From Octopus sinensis (lineage: Eukaryota), in contig NC_043002.1 in the NCBI RefSeq assembly GCF_006345805.1, positions 14,942,001-15,006,000 of the forward strand: a DNA stretch of 64,000 nucleotides, read 5' to 3'. How positions within the stretch are numbered: the first letter of the stretch is position 1; each line of letters starts with the position of its first letter. A program made the position numbers and the translations under genes. This document shows, in pieces, positions 51,750 to 64,000 of the stretch. Below the pieces are notes generated by a model. That model was given only the letters and a program-made list of their open reading frames with translations. It was not told the origin of the DNA and did no database searches.

Positions 51750-52440
51750 CATTTTGACAGTGTTGACTTGAAAATCCTAGAGAAAGTGACATTTTTTCCT
51801 TCAACCATTGACTCAGAATTATGTTCATACCAGCAAGCAGGAGTGACGATTTTGCAGTGTTTACAGATCAGTTCATTGGGCGCCATATAACTTCATCTCA
51901 ATTACAGTTTCTCCAATATATTTCTTGAATTTTTCCTTACGGAATCTTATTACCTTACAACCAATACGATGAAAATTACACTTTTCAGTGTCCACTTTCT
52001 TGCGGTTTCGTCATTTAGTTACTTGTATTCTTTAACCTTTTACAGGTGTCTGTCACCTACGCGTGCATTTCCAGGTGTGGTAATAACTATGACCTTGATT
52101 TCCTTTCTCCATCTAACAATGTCTGCTCTCCCGACACCAACTGCTGAAACACATTGAATTGTAAAGTCCGACAGGATCTTGTATTCATTATTCTCAGCTC
52201 CGCTTCCTTGTTCATGTTCGTACGATTTCCGCATGCTTCCAAGACCATATTTTCATACAGTCTCAAGAGAATAAACTTAGCCAAGTTACTGTGCTTCCTA
52301 TTGAAGTGCTTTGGGGCCGATTAGCTAGAAACACTAACATCATATGAGACTGTTCCCTGCATGCTTCCATACACCATGCAAAAGTGTAATTCATTGCGTT
52401 TATCTATTTGGAACTGGGTGTAATTAGATCTGAGAACTTG
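51750..52440 (-). mobile_element. Old R4/Dong-type (RLE) LINE 3' fragment
   Basis: Minus-strand YEHEQGSGAENNEYKILSDFTIQC..GRADIV..ITTPGNARV, resembling the PD..D endonuclease region. Confidence 0.65.
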
Positions 52441-52459
52441 TTTCTGGATGTATTATTCA

Positions 52460-52463
52460 TATT

Positions 52464-52515
<52 letters not shown>

Positions 52516-53040
52516 CCACCACCACCACCACCACCACCACCAACACTATCCTCCTCCTCATCATCGCCTTTGCATAGCTTCTAACACTGGAGGTATACTA
52601 CAGTGTCAGCCGTTCACTACCACTGAACTAAGGTAAACCTTCTTATTTTTAGAGTACCTTCCGGAGTATTCGAGCGGTTCCAAGCAGTGCTGTTTTCTGC
52701 AAGTGCTCCACCCTTATTGCAGCGAATATTTGTTCCATGTATTTCTCGAGATTTTTGCTCACTGTCCCCAGGCTCCGACAAAGATTGGTACTACTGCTAC
52801 GTTTTTCATCGCCCACAACTGCTTAACTTCCCAAGCTAACCAGTCATATCACTCGATTTTTCTCTCTTACTTATCACTTATCTTGTTGTCAGCTGAGAAT
52901 GCTATATCTATGATCCGGCATAGCTTGTTTTCCTTCTCAATTAAGACTGTGTCTGGCTTCCTATTATCTATCTCATAGTTGCACTGAATCATAAAATTCC
53001 ATAGGATGCTGTCACACAAGCACAGTAAACTATGTATCTT
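52460..53040 (-). mobile_element. R4/Dong-type (RLE) LINE 3' fragment with (GAT/GGT)n tail
   Basis: Minus-strand RKPDTVLIEKENKLCRIIDIAFSAD..LWAMKNVAVVPIFVGA..EHLQKTALLGTARILRKVL*, then a short UTR and trinucleotide tail. Confidence 0.8.
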
Positions 53041-53798
53041 TGCAGATAATTCAAATATTCAGAAAGTTATCGATGAAGTAGCTAACCGGCTATAGCTGAA
53101 GGATTAAAAATATACAAAAACACGCACCATATATGTTTACCTCCATGAAATAACAGTCAAACCCTTATTTATAAGAATCTCTCAGCATACACGTGGAGCT
53201 GTTTCTGCACTGGCATAATTGCTTCACCTTCCTCAGCACGCGTTACCCTGAAATAGAAACCCAACCCCTCATGTTAAATTCTGCTCTGCAACTGATTGGT
53301 TTTGCGCCGAAACCTGGCAACCGTCAGTTTGAAAATGATTTCAACACGTAGCAAATAATTAACGAGGAAAACTAATTCACCGGAAAATAATTTGCGAAGA
53401 TATCATTTAATCTATTATTATCTAGGGTAACAATTTAAAATGATAATAAGAGATATATACGTCAACCTCTCTCTCTCTCTCAATATATCTATCTATCTAT
53501 CTATCTATCTCTATATATGTCTATCTATCTATCTATCTATCTATCTAAATATGTATCTATCTATCTAACTATCTATCTATATGTCGGTCTATCTATCTAT
53601 CTATATATCTATCTATGTATCTATCTATCTATCTATCTATATATATATATATATCTACCTCTTCGTCTTTCTCTCACTCTCTCTCTCTCTCTCGCTATAT
53701 ATATATATATATGTATGTATATATGTATATATGTATATATGTATATATATATATATATTATATATATTCATATATACATAATATATATATATATATAC

Positions 53799-53843
<45 letters not shown>

Positions 53844-54820
53844 ATATATTATATATATATATAATATATATATACGTAAACACACATTTATATGTATGTA
53901 TATATGTGTGTGTGGGCGCGCGTGAGTATGTATGTAGTGAGGCAAAGATACACAAATACGTCGACCTAATATGTTATGCTGCATTCCAAATGTTTGTGAA
54001 TTGAAGCTATTAAAGTCATGTTTGCGGTTATGCATATTACACCTTTTCGAAATTGTTCTAACTTCGAGTAGATTTAACCAAGCAGGAGGATCGCTCAGTT
54101 CTCTCATATCCCTAAAAAAAACACTTCTTATTAAAATGTTTCTTTAATAAATAATCATGTGGACTTGGAAGACTGAGAATCAGAATAGCGATATTTAATG
54201 CACTCGGCTACAGAATGTAAACATTGACGATCATTCATGTTGATATTTAATTGATCCTGGTTTAGCTGTGTTTGATGAAACACAGACAAGTGTCTCTCTC
54301 TTTTATTCTTTTACTCTTTTACTTGTTTCAGTCGTTTGACTTCGGCCATGCTGGAGCACCGCCTTTAGTCGAGCAAATCGACCCCAGGACTTAATCTTTG
54401 GAAGCCTAGTACTTACTTATTCTATCGGTCTCTTTTGCCAAACCGCTTAGTTACGGGGACCTAAACACACCAGCGTCTGTTGTCAAGCAATGCTGGGGGG
54501 GGACAAACATATACACACAAACATATACACTTATATATACATACATAATATATATATATATATATAATTATTTAACAATTAAGGATAACTTCTTAATAAG
54601 GAATCTTAACAAGAAATTATCAGGTAGATAGCGTGAAAAACCTCATAAGAGAAAAATTTCGAAAATAATTCTTTCTTATTGAACATATTAATTTATATAT
54701 AGAGGGCATTATTATACATACATGCCACACGCTAAGAGGGACATTAGTCATTTCTACCAAAAATTTTACTAATTCTACCCAATGCAATCTTTCAAAGCAA
54801 GACATTTAAAAACTGAATTT

Positions 54821-54869
54821 AGTCTTGTATCACCTGTGACTTCGTACTTACGTACTCATCAGCAAGACT
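54821..54869 (-). ncRNA. Type I hammerhead with A15.1-to-G change
   Basis: Reverse complement AGUCUUG CUGAUGA GUAC-GUAA-GUAC GAAG UCAC-AG-GUGA U A CAAGACU. Confidence 0.75.
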
Positions 54870-55283
54870 GGTTCTGAACGCATCATAAATAAACGACCTG
54901 TCCCGTCGAAGCCAATCAGCTAACTGTTCAACCCCAACGAAGCACATGGGGAAGTTTACATATAATACATCCGGTAAATGGCAGGCGTCTTCGAATTGCA
55001 TTTCGGTTGGAACGTTTTTTCGGAAAAAAATTATTTAACAATTAAGGATAACTTCTTAATAAGGAATCTTAACAAGAAATTATCAGGTAGATAGCGTGAA
55101 AAACCTCATAAGAGAAACATTTCGAAAACAATTATTTCTTATTGAACATATTAATTTATATATAGAGGGCATTATTATACATACATGCCACACGCTAAGA
55201 GGGACATTAGTCATTTCTACAAAAAATTTTACTAATTCTACCCAATGCAATCTTTCAAAGCAAGACATTTAAAAAATGAATTT

Positions 55284-55332
55284 AGTCTTGTATCACCTGT
55301 GATTTCGTACTTACGTACTTATCAGCAAAACT
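55284..55332 (-). ncRNA. Type I hammerhead with G8A change
   Basis: Reverse complement AGUUUUG CUGAUAA GUAC-GUAA-GUAC GAAA UCAC-AG-GUGA U A CAAGACU. Confidence 0.75.
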
Positions 55333-56366
55333 GGTTCTGAACGCATCATAAATAAACGACCTGTCCCGTCGAAAAAAATATATAAAAATATATATATATA
55401 TATATATATACGAAGACACTAGCCCAAGGTGCCACTCAGTGAGAATGAACCCGGAACCATGTGGCTGGTAAGCAAGCTACTTACCATACAGCCACTCCTG
55501 CGCCTCTCAATGTTCTTTACAAAGCATGGTGTAGAAGTGGATATATAGCTGCGAATCTAATGAAATGTTCTGAAAATAAATGAACTTGTGTTATATACTC
55601 TCTCACAGTGCGTTTTCAATTAATTGCGTATACATCTATGGCGACTGCTGCGTTCGAAGTAGTAATCTGCTAATGAGCAATGATAAATAAATTGTACTGT
55701 ACACGTAAAAGGTAAACTTGAAAGTTCAAGGAAGTAAAATTTGTGCGTATATTTTACAGCACGATCTGTGGAATTGCCAACAAATTTCCAACAAATATAT
55801 TTGCATATCAATGCTACCAGAAATGTATTTGCATCCACAAACTAAATTCATAAACATTGTTTTAATAATGTGTCGCAATATTATGTTATGCATGCTTCAA
55901 TTTCATATTAATTGTTTTCAATTGGCAATAATTTTCTCGTGAAAATATCTATTTGTTTTAACAATGTTATATGCTAAAATTCTCAAAGGAATTACAAGAG
56001 ACCTGTAGCAGTGGTGTCAGCTAGTCTCAATTCTTATGCCATGTATTGTGACTTTTTAATTACATTTTTTATGAAAGATAAAATGTAAACATCTTGTGTC
56101 CATCCGTTTTCACATTCTCTCAATGTTTAGTATTTAATTAGACTTTAATCTTTCATTAATTTCCTTTTCTGTTATTAGGAATTCAATGAATATGATTATT
56201 GCATCCCCAAATCTTGAATAATGACGCTACATTATTTTTAATGTTCGTACTAATAATTCCATTTATTAGCATTCTAATTGAAAATTAGTACTAAAGGCGT
56301 CGTAATTAATTCGCACTATCACAAACTGTCAAAACAGCTGAATCTCCAAATTCGTTCACTGAAGTG

Positions 56367-56830
56367 CGAGGTGATATCAGAAAGTTCCCGGACTACTTCT
56401 GTAGCGCGTCAATTAATGGCAGCACACGTCTGCGTTCGGAGTGAGAGCCAGCAGTGTCTTTCATGAAACAATGTGCCGAGTGGCATGGCAGTGTTTACTT
56501 CGTAAGTTGTGAAAAGCAGAAAACAGAGCCGAAATGGTATTTTATTTTAAAATTTCGAACTCTGCTACAAAGATATCGGGCATGCTTCGGGAAGCTCACG
56601 CTGACAAGGCAATGGCCGTACACAATGTTTCGAGTGGCGCGGACGCTTTGAAAGCTGAGCGTCTGTGGAACAGGATGATCAATGTGGAAGACCTTCCAAG
56701 AGAGTCCAGAAATGTGGAGAAAATTCATGAGATTATGCAAGGGGATTTTCGGAGGGCAATCAACAACACTGCCGATGTTATTGTTCTGCCGTACGAGTCC
56801 GGCAGGCAATCCTTTTCCTCTTACATTTCC
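56367..56830 (+). mobile_element. Mariner 5' fragment (N-terminal HTH region)
   Basis: CGAGGTG..AAAGTTCCCGGACT terminus; peptides resembling EQRAxxKF, FEWxxRF and SRNVEKIHE. Confidence 0.7.
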
Positions 56831-57163
56831 CATTCACTAGACATATATTTTACCAAGTGTATATGATATTATTTAATTTACATATAGTCATATACTTCAC
56901 AGTTATATAGTTTTTCTTTACTTTATCCCACCTCTTTCTATAGGCACCCTTGACTTATATCCTATGTTTTTTTAAACAATCTTAATAGCGTTCATTTAAT
57001 CATTATACAAATCCATCATTTTCTGTTAAAATGTCTCATCGATGAGTTTCATTTGTTCACCTACATGAAGGGAAGATTACATTGTTTTACACCATTTTAC
57101 TCATTTGGAATAATACCAGTGATATCTTCGGAACATGCGTTTAATTCCATTTATATATATATA

Positions 57164-57203
<40 letters not shown>

Positions 57204-58848
57204 GTGTATGTGCATGATTCTGGTTATATTTATTATGTATTGAATTATTTCTGATTTATGAAATTATATCTGTCTTTTCTTACACCATGGATTTCCACTT
57301 GAAATTCCCGATCCTCGTATCCACGTTTTGCCTTTGTTTCACTAACGTTGCAAATCAATATAAGATGAATCGCCCATTATTGCTATATTAAATCGCTTTA
57401 TATTAAGATGGCAAACATTGAAACCAAATATATGTACATTAAATACACTGTAATTGTGTGTTTGAGGCACATATGCTTGCTTAGCGTAATTGCAAGTAAA
57501 ATATATTAAAAACAATTGTACACAATTCATTCCATCTCTGATTGTTGCTGAATTGGAGAGATTGAAGGATATAACTATAAATGTTATTTAGATGGTGAAC
57601 ATTATAAGTATACACACACTGACACACACATACACATGTGTATATGGGTACGTACATATACATTCATGTATATTCATTATTAAGCAGCTGCTTTCCTGTG
57701 GAGAAGCCAACACGTATGGACTTATAGTGGAATAAAATAATACAGAAATTGATGAGTAGTAGACAGAAAACGTCTACCTGCAGTGGTGCAATTTCTTAAT
57801 AATCATTGAACGTCATTAGTATGAGGCTACCAATGGAAACCGCAAGCTGAGTCGATTTTTCTAACGACAAATAAATAAACGTGTGCCGTTACGGATATGC
57901 ATAAGTCATACATTGTTGTACATATGCGGCAATTATGGAGATAAATGGATCCGTTAATGAATCACCGATTTTCTCGAAATGCCATTCTCATTCAAACAAA
58001 TGCATCATTGTTTTTTATCAGACGTAATTTCCCTGCAACCAATTGCCATTATGAAAATGCATATCCCATTTGTATTGTTTGTATAAATTAGAAGAATGCG
58101 TAATTATAAACTTGCCTGTGATAAGAGCAGAACATTAGATGTTTGTATAAACGATGGAATTATATTGTACCAACTGCAATATGTTAAGTTATTTTCCCCT
58201 ACAGATAGAATGTTCCCTTGTTTTTGTTTTTTTTTTCTTAAGAAAATAATACAGTAAGATATCTTTATTACCCTTAACATTTCCAGGCTTTTAGCAGAAA
58301 GGAAAAGTTTCAGTTACGCTTAATACGTTGATAGGAATAATTCAATACTGTAGAGATGTATTTCTAGCTACGTTGCAAACGTTATTTGCATCCTGCTTAA
58401 TAACATAGGTATTATTTCGATGCACAGATAAGTGACGTAACATGAGATAGATATCTATAGCAGTACGCCATGTTTCTGCACAGATTCACTTGTTTGAAAG
58501 TGATAGAAAGTAGAGAAAATGATAGAGCGAAAAGGAGAATATCAGCGAAATTACCTACAGAGAGAACACAGCTAGAAAATAAATTATGAATGTGACCTGT
58601 ATATTAAAGGAATTTAAAAAAAAAAATTAAATGGTCGTCTCTAAATGTTTTGCTTAAATATTACTACAATATATATTGGGGGCAGATGCATATGACAGAA
58701 AAGTTTTTACAAACTAGGCAACTCATAAATTAAAAGAAATATTCCCAGTTAAATAAATATATTATCTCTTCTATGTATGCACACAGAGGGCACACACCTA
58801 CATTCTATCTCTCTCCCTCTCTCTCTAACCCCCCATATACATATATAT

Positions 58849-58882
<34 letters not shown>

Positions 58883-59276
58883 ATATATATAATATATATA
58901 TATATATGTTTCCAGTTCTGTTGTGAACTGCAACCCTGCAACGACAAGAAGGAAATGAAATACAACACTGCAGGTTCCTTATCAGCAAAACATGTGCATT
59001 TATAGAATAGACTAACATATTCTAAAAGATTAATTTGCTTCCCATGATTTTTCCTTTTATTTCAGTATGACTACAGACTCAGGTTAAAGTGGTAGGAATC
59101 GGTAGAACTTGGTTAAACATGTAAATACTGTCTTAGTTTCTGCCATGATAATGTTTCCAAATCAATCTCTTCTCTTCATTTTGTAAGTACAAACTTAGAC
59201 GTGCGAAATCTCTTATCTTGTAAAACTACCGTTCTAAAGATAATGTCATCATTATGTTTTCCTTATTTTAATCCCT

Positions 59277-59945
59277 GCAGGTGTGGCTGTGTGGTAAGTA
59301 GCTTACCTATTTCTTTATTACCCACAAGGGGCTAAACACAAAGGGGACAAACAAGGACAGACATAGGTATTAAGTCGATTACATCGACCCCAGTGCGTAA
59401 CTGGTACTTGATTTATCGACCCCGAAAGGATGAAAGGCAAAGTCGACCTCGGCGGAATTCGAACTCACAACGTAACACAGACGAAATACCGCTAAGCATT
59501 TCGCCCGGCGTGCTAACGTTTCTGCCAGCTCACCGCCTAAAGTTGGTAAGTAGCTTACCAACCAACCACATGGTTTTGGGTTCAGTCCCACTGCGTGGCA
59601 TCTTGGGCAAGTGTCTTCTGCTATAGCCTCGGGCCGACTAAAGCCTTGTGAGTGGATTTTGTAGACGGAAACTGAAAGAAGCCTGTCGTAAATATGTATA
59701 TATATATATATATGTATGTATGTGTGTGTATACGTTTGTGTGTCTGTGTTTGTCCCTCTAGAATTACTTGACAACCGATGCTGGTGTGTTTACGTCCCCG
59801 TAACTTAGCGGTTCGGCAAAAGAGACCGATATAATAAGTACTGGGCTTACAAAGAATAAGTCCCGGGGTCGATTTGCTCGACTAAAGGCGGTGCTCCAGC
59901 ATGGCCGCAGTCAAATGACTGAAACAACTAAAAGAGTAAAAGAGA
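59277..59945 (+). mobile_element. SINE B with a nested antisense SINE A (59308-59540), 16-bp TSD
   Basis: TGGTAAGTAGCTTACC at 59292-59307 and 59544-59559. Confidence 0.88.
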
Positions 59946-60291
59946 GAGAGAGAGAGTTATGACTTTTGGGACAATGCTGTTGTTTATGTATATCAAAAGA
60001 GAATCCGGCACCTAACTCGCCAATGTTTTTAACAACTTTATGTGTATAATATGCGATGAAGCAAATCTTGCCTGTATATACGCAAGGTGTACTTAGACGT
60101 TTTTCGTACTGCACATTTTAACACAGTTTGCATCTTCGGCAGTAGCTGAGCACCTTTACTAAATTTCCCAGATCACACTCTTGGAAAACACATTCATATA
60201 TAAGGCTAAACGATCTGATTAGATTCATTTACATATTCATCACTTCGTTGAAAAGTACTAATATTACGTTATAGGTATGTGTGTGCATTTG

Positions 60292-60512
60292 GGAGGCGAG
60301 CTGACAGAAACGTTAGCACGCCGGGCGAAATGCTTAGCAGTATTTCATCTGCCGCTACGTTCTGAGTTCAAATTCCGCCGAGGTCGACTTTGCCTTTCAT
60401 CCTTTCGGGATCGACTAAATTAAGTACCAGTTACGCACTGGGGTCGATGTAATTGACTTAACCCGTTTGTCTGTCCCTGTTTGTGCTCTCTGTATTTAGC
60501 CCCTTGTGGGTA
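60292..60512 (+). mobile_element. SINE family A, full length
   Basis: GGAGGCGAGCTGACAGAAACGTTAGCACGCCGGGCG..GAGTTCAAATTCC..TTTAGCCCCTTGTGGG. Confidence 0.88.
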
Positions 60513-60929
60513 GTAATGAAATAGGTATGTGTGTGCGTGTACGCCTGTGAGTGTTAACAGCTTATCGTTGTATTGCTATAGATTATTATAACATACAATG
60601 GCGAAAATAAATTTAAGACCGATGATAAAAGTTCTATTTTTTACAAAATATTTTGTTACTAACACCATACAAATTATAATTATCTTTTACACCTTATGCA
60701 GAATTTATTTCTCTTTCGAATAATGCAGACAATAACTATTTTTATACAACTTTATTTTTGCCGGTGTATATTTAAGGTAAACATATTCTGTACACAACAG
60801 GTTCATGTTGAAGCGACAGAAGGTGAGCTGTAGACATTACATGTTTCATTTCAGGTTTGAGTTCCGTCAGCTGCTATAGAACTCCTTTGACTATCTATGT
60901 ATACACTGCTTATACATATACATACACAC

Positions 60930-61200
60930 ACAGACACATCGAAGTAGGTGAAATCATTTCCGACTCTGTGTGTGTGTATGTCTTCTAGGATCTCGGGCAT
61001 ATTCCATCCGATTGCACTCACATTTGATATGTAGATACCGACGGTATCAGGGCGCGTATAAGTCTTGAAAAATTACAAAAATCGATTCCAGGTGAGAATG
61101 CGATCGATAAAGCCGTTTTTGTCCTGTTTTTCTTCCGTCAACCTGTACGTAACTACACCTTCCATGTTTTGTTGTTTTTTGTACTGCTTAAAGGCACGTT
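60930..61200 (-). mobile_element. Possible non-autonomous Helitron-like fragment
   Basis: Minus-strand CATATCAAATGTGAGTGCAATCGG..CCCGAGATCCTAGAAGAC(AC)n resembles Helitron-type 3' subterminal motifs, from recollection only. Confidence 0.3.
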
Positions 61201-61326
61201 GCTTTCCTGCCAAGCTTACTGTTTAAACCATGTTTGTGTTCTCTCAGTCAACAGCCTTATTATTACTAGTACATTTAAACTCTTCGGTTGCATGTTTGTG
61301 TGAATGAAATCGTTTTTCTTTGGAAT

Positions 61327-61371
<45 letters not shown>

Positions 61372-62486
61372 ATATACAGGCACGCACACACACCAACAGA
61401 CACACAAACACACACATACATATACACGCATGCAGATTCATGCACACACGCACGCACACACACACACACATGTGTGTGATCATGACCTGTTGATAGTAAT
61501 GCTTATATACGTCATGTATACCCATAATTTCTCACACTCACATACACAATATATTGGCAAGTTCATCTGTCTTTTACTGCAGCCATTAATATAAGCAGAA
61601 TTGTAAAGAGTTTCTTTATGATCAATTAAGGATTGTGCAGAGCTAATGACAAAGCTCACTGGATCATGATCATATATGTATGCAAATGTAAGGGATTTCA
61701 TGTAATTATGGGGATGATAGATAAAAATAACACTTTTAGTTCAGCACGGAAACTCATCCTCAATACATAAAAAAAATGGTTCTTCTAAAAGGTCTCCCGT
61801 ACTCTTATAAATTTCAGCTTCATTGTTTGATCCCATCACCTACCAAGAAGGATACATAATTTTATACTAGAATGTTCTGAAATTGCGTTGTAATGGAAAG
61901 AACAGTCTATATTAATTTATACTCTGTTGAGATTTGCGTGCGTATCCTTCAATAGAGATATTCATTGTTAGGTTCATGCATAAGCATATCATATATAAAG
62001 TGAAGATGATGTTTAATGTTGTTATATGTGATAGCGTGCAGAGTACTTGGTGTGAAAAGGAAGAGAAGGATTTCATTGTAGTCAAATCGATAAATGGGTT
62101 TCGCCATTGTTTGGAAGGAACCAAACGCATCGAAGTTAGTTTGGTATGATAAAATATATTATATAAAGTAAAATAGAGTTATACTCTGATACAGGGTAAT
62201 GATAGAAAATATGAGTTTACACACCACTGAATACTCGATAAGCGTTGCTGTTATTTTTTCTCTTTCTGAAGAAGGGAAAGAAATAAAGGGTGTAATATAT
62301 TTTGTGGTTTTACACATACATTAATATACGAAGTGTTTTTCTTAAGGACAGCATTTAAATATGCAAATCAAATATTTTATAACGGAAAATAATTACCACC
62401 GTGATATAGGGTTAGAAGCTATATAATCCAACCTAAACACATTGACACACGGACACACATATAAACACACACTCAAACACACGCAA

Positions 62487-62517
<31 letters not shown>

Positions 62518-63730
62518 CACGCATAATCAATATACATAGAATAAAAGCATCTGTGTGCGTGCGAGTGAGTGCGGTGTATTTGTAGCTTCTAACTTTGTAT
62601 CATTACGAGACTATATTACCTCCTATGCTACACGCCATTTGCATTTTGAAATATTTATATTTTTTTATAAATAAAAGAAAATATTCTACATCTACGTAAA
62701 TAATATGTATTTAAAACTTGATCACTTCTTTTCCATTTGTAGAAAATCTACACACTAGAATCACTTATTTCAGAGTAACCCATTCGCCAAAGCAGAGAAG
62801 CTTGCAGTCTATCATTACAATTTGTTACTCTGTTGGCCTGCTTTACATCATGTAAAGTACTTTATCTCACTGAAGTTAATGTTTGATTCGGTTATCACAA
62901 AGGTACATCACACTTATCGATTTTTTCTACACTGGAATAATCCTTTCCTTCCTTTTCACACTTACTAAGTGCACAGCACGCTATCACATAAAACATTAAA
63001 CACTATCTTCGCTTTATATATGAAATGCTTATGCATAAAACTAACAATGAATATCATATTTCTATTGAAGGATGTGCACGCAAATCTCAACCGTGTGTAA
63101 ATTAATATAGACAGTTTTATCCATCATAACGGCATTTCAGTACTTTCCTGTGTAAAATTTCTTGTCAATTTCGGCATGAGATTGGATCAAAAGATCATAT
63201 CGAATTTTCTTCCACCATCTAGTATACAGGAAGATTTAACGGGGATATGACTGATCTTGAAGGTTAACTAGTTTATATTAGGTTTCAGTTTGATGATAAA
63301 TTCTTGTGCCGATCTTAAATTGGTATTCATAATTATCGTCCATATAGATATATTTAGGACTAACCCTTATACGGGCACATATATTTCTTCGTGTCAGCGG
63401 GTAAATCTTCAATTTCAAGCTCATATGGCAGTAAAGATAACTCACCGCAGGCAGATAGAAGTCACTTATTAATCGTAAGATGTCAGGATGTTAATTCATT
63501 GTAAACGTGAACGAAGAATACGAATCTAGGTAACTTAGACTTCTTTGAAATAAATAATAGATAGATGGCAGTTATCGTATCTTTATGCAGCATAAAGTTA
63601 AATCTTTTATTATAGTTCAATTAATTGTCAATCGAATTGAATGTAGATTGAATTGTTTCATATATTAAGTAAAAACTATATGAGTGTGGATATTGTGATG
63701 AGATTATGAAATCGTGAGATTCTTACTTAC

Positions 63731-64000
63731 CTGTACTTGTGGCGACATTCACCCAGGGCGGATTGAGTCGGCTTCTTCTACCACCCTCGAGGCAGAAGAA
63801 GTTTCGTGAGAATATGTGGATTTCACAAGCGGTCTCCAACAATCCCGCATGTAGAGACATCCTGTTTGCCGCAGATTGTCCGCAGACGCAGGGACAGAAC
63901 GACCGAGGAGCCGCCGGTTTCCGAAACAGACACTCCGAGGATTTTCACCAGAGCCCCGTCTGCCGGGTTGTAGCCCTAATACCACTCGGTGTCAGACCAA
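63731..64000 (-). other. CpG-rich segment ending in a consensus splice donor (CAG|GTAAGT); candidate exon of a minus-strand gene continuing beyond the window
   Basis: Abrupt GC/CpG rise; donor at 63725-63730; no recognisable protein. Confidence 0.35.

Larger units (their letters stand above)
54566..55373 (-). repeat. Head-to-tail array (~1.75 copies, period 463 bp) of the hammerhead-bearing unit, subfamily 2
   Basis: HHR copies start at 54821 and 55284; homologous to the 19.9k/25.7k unit; flanked by (TA)n. Confidence 0.9.
54310..55505 (-). mobile_element. SINE family B split by the retrozyme-like array inserted in its internal (TA)n
   Basis: SINE 3' half at 54310-54520 and 5' half at 55390-55505 flank the array. 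Confidence 0.8.

Noticed and set aside
54566-55373. CRISPR-like or protein-coding interpretation of the tandem unit (61-aa ORFs)
   Set aside because: No unique spacers; ORFs are not conserved in the 19.9k/25.7k subfamily.
60989-61091. Plus-strand AG..CAG|GTGAG exon-like segment
   Set aside because: Stops in all frames; better explained as a repeat fragment.

Overview
AT-rich, microsatellite-dense eukaryotic DNA. The SINE families resemble those I recall from octopod cephalopod genomes; this is recollection, not a database match. I can support no intact host protein-coding gene; most short ORFs in the track are translated microsatellites. The window holds two Tx1/L1-clade LINEs (one near full length, one 5'-truncated), Penelope-like (PLE) RT fragments, R4/Dong-type RLE LINE fragments, three Tc1/mariner relics, a telomeric-repeat MITE and many tRNA-derived SINEs. 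The main result is a set of type I hammerhead ribozyme (HHR) motifs in at least three unrelated repeat families: (i) a ~463-bp tandem unit resembling a metazoan non-LTR retrozyme, in two subfamilies with compensatory stem changes (19908-20353, 25594-26072, 54566-55373); (ii) a 349-bp near-perfect palindrome (6654-7002); (iii) a 1.7-kb inverted repeat (29077-30776). At three loci the copies lie head-to-head with ribozyme-sense strands pointing outward, mostly ending in (TA)n. The near-full-length Tx1 LINE is inserted inside one retrozyme-like array, so it is enclosed by ~98% identical, ribozyme-bearing inverted repeats. Ribozyme activity is predicted from secondary structure only.
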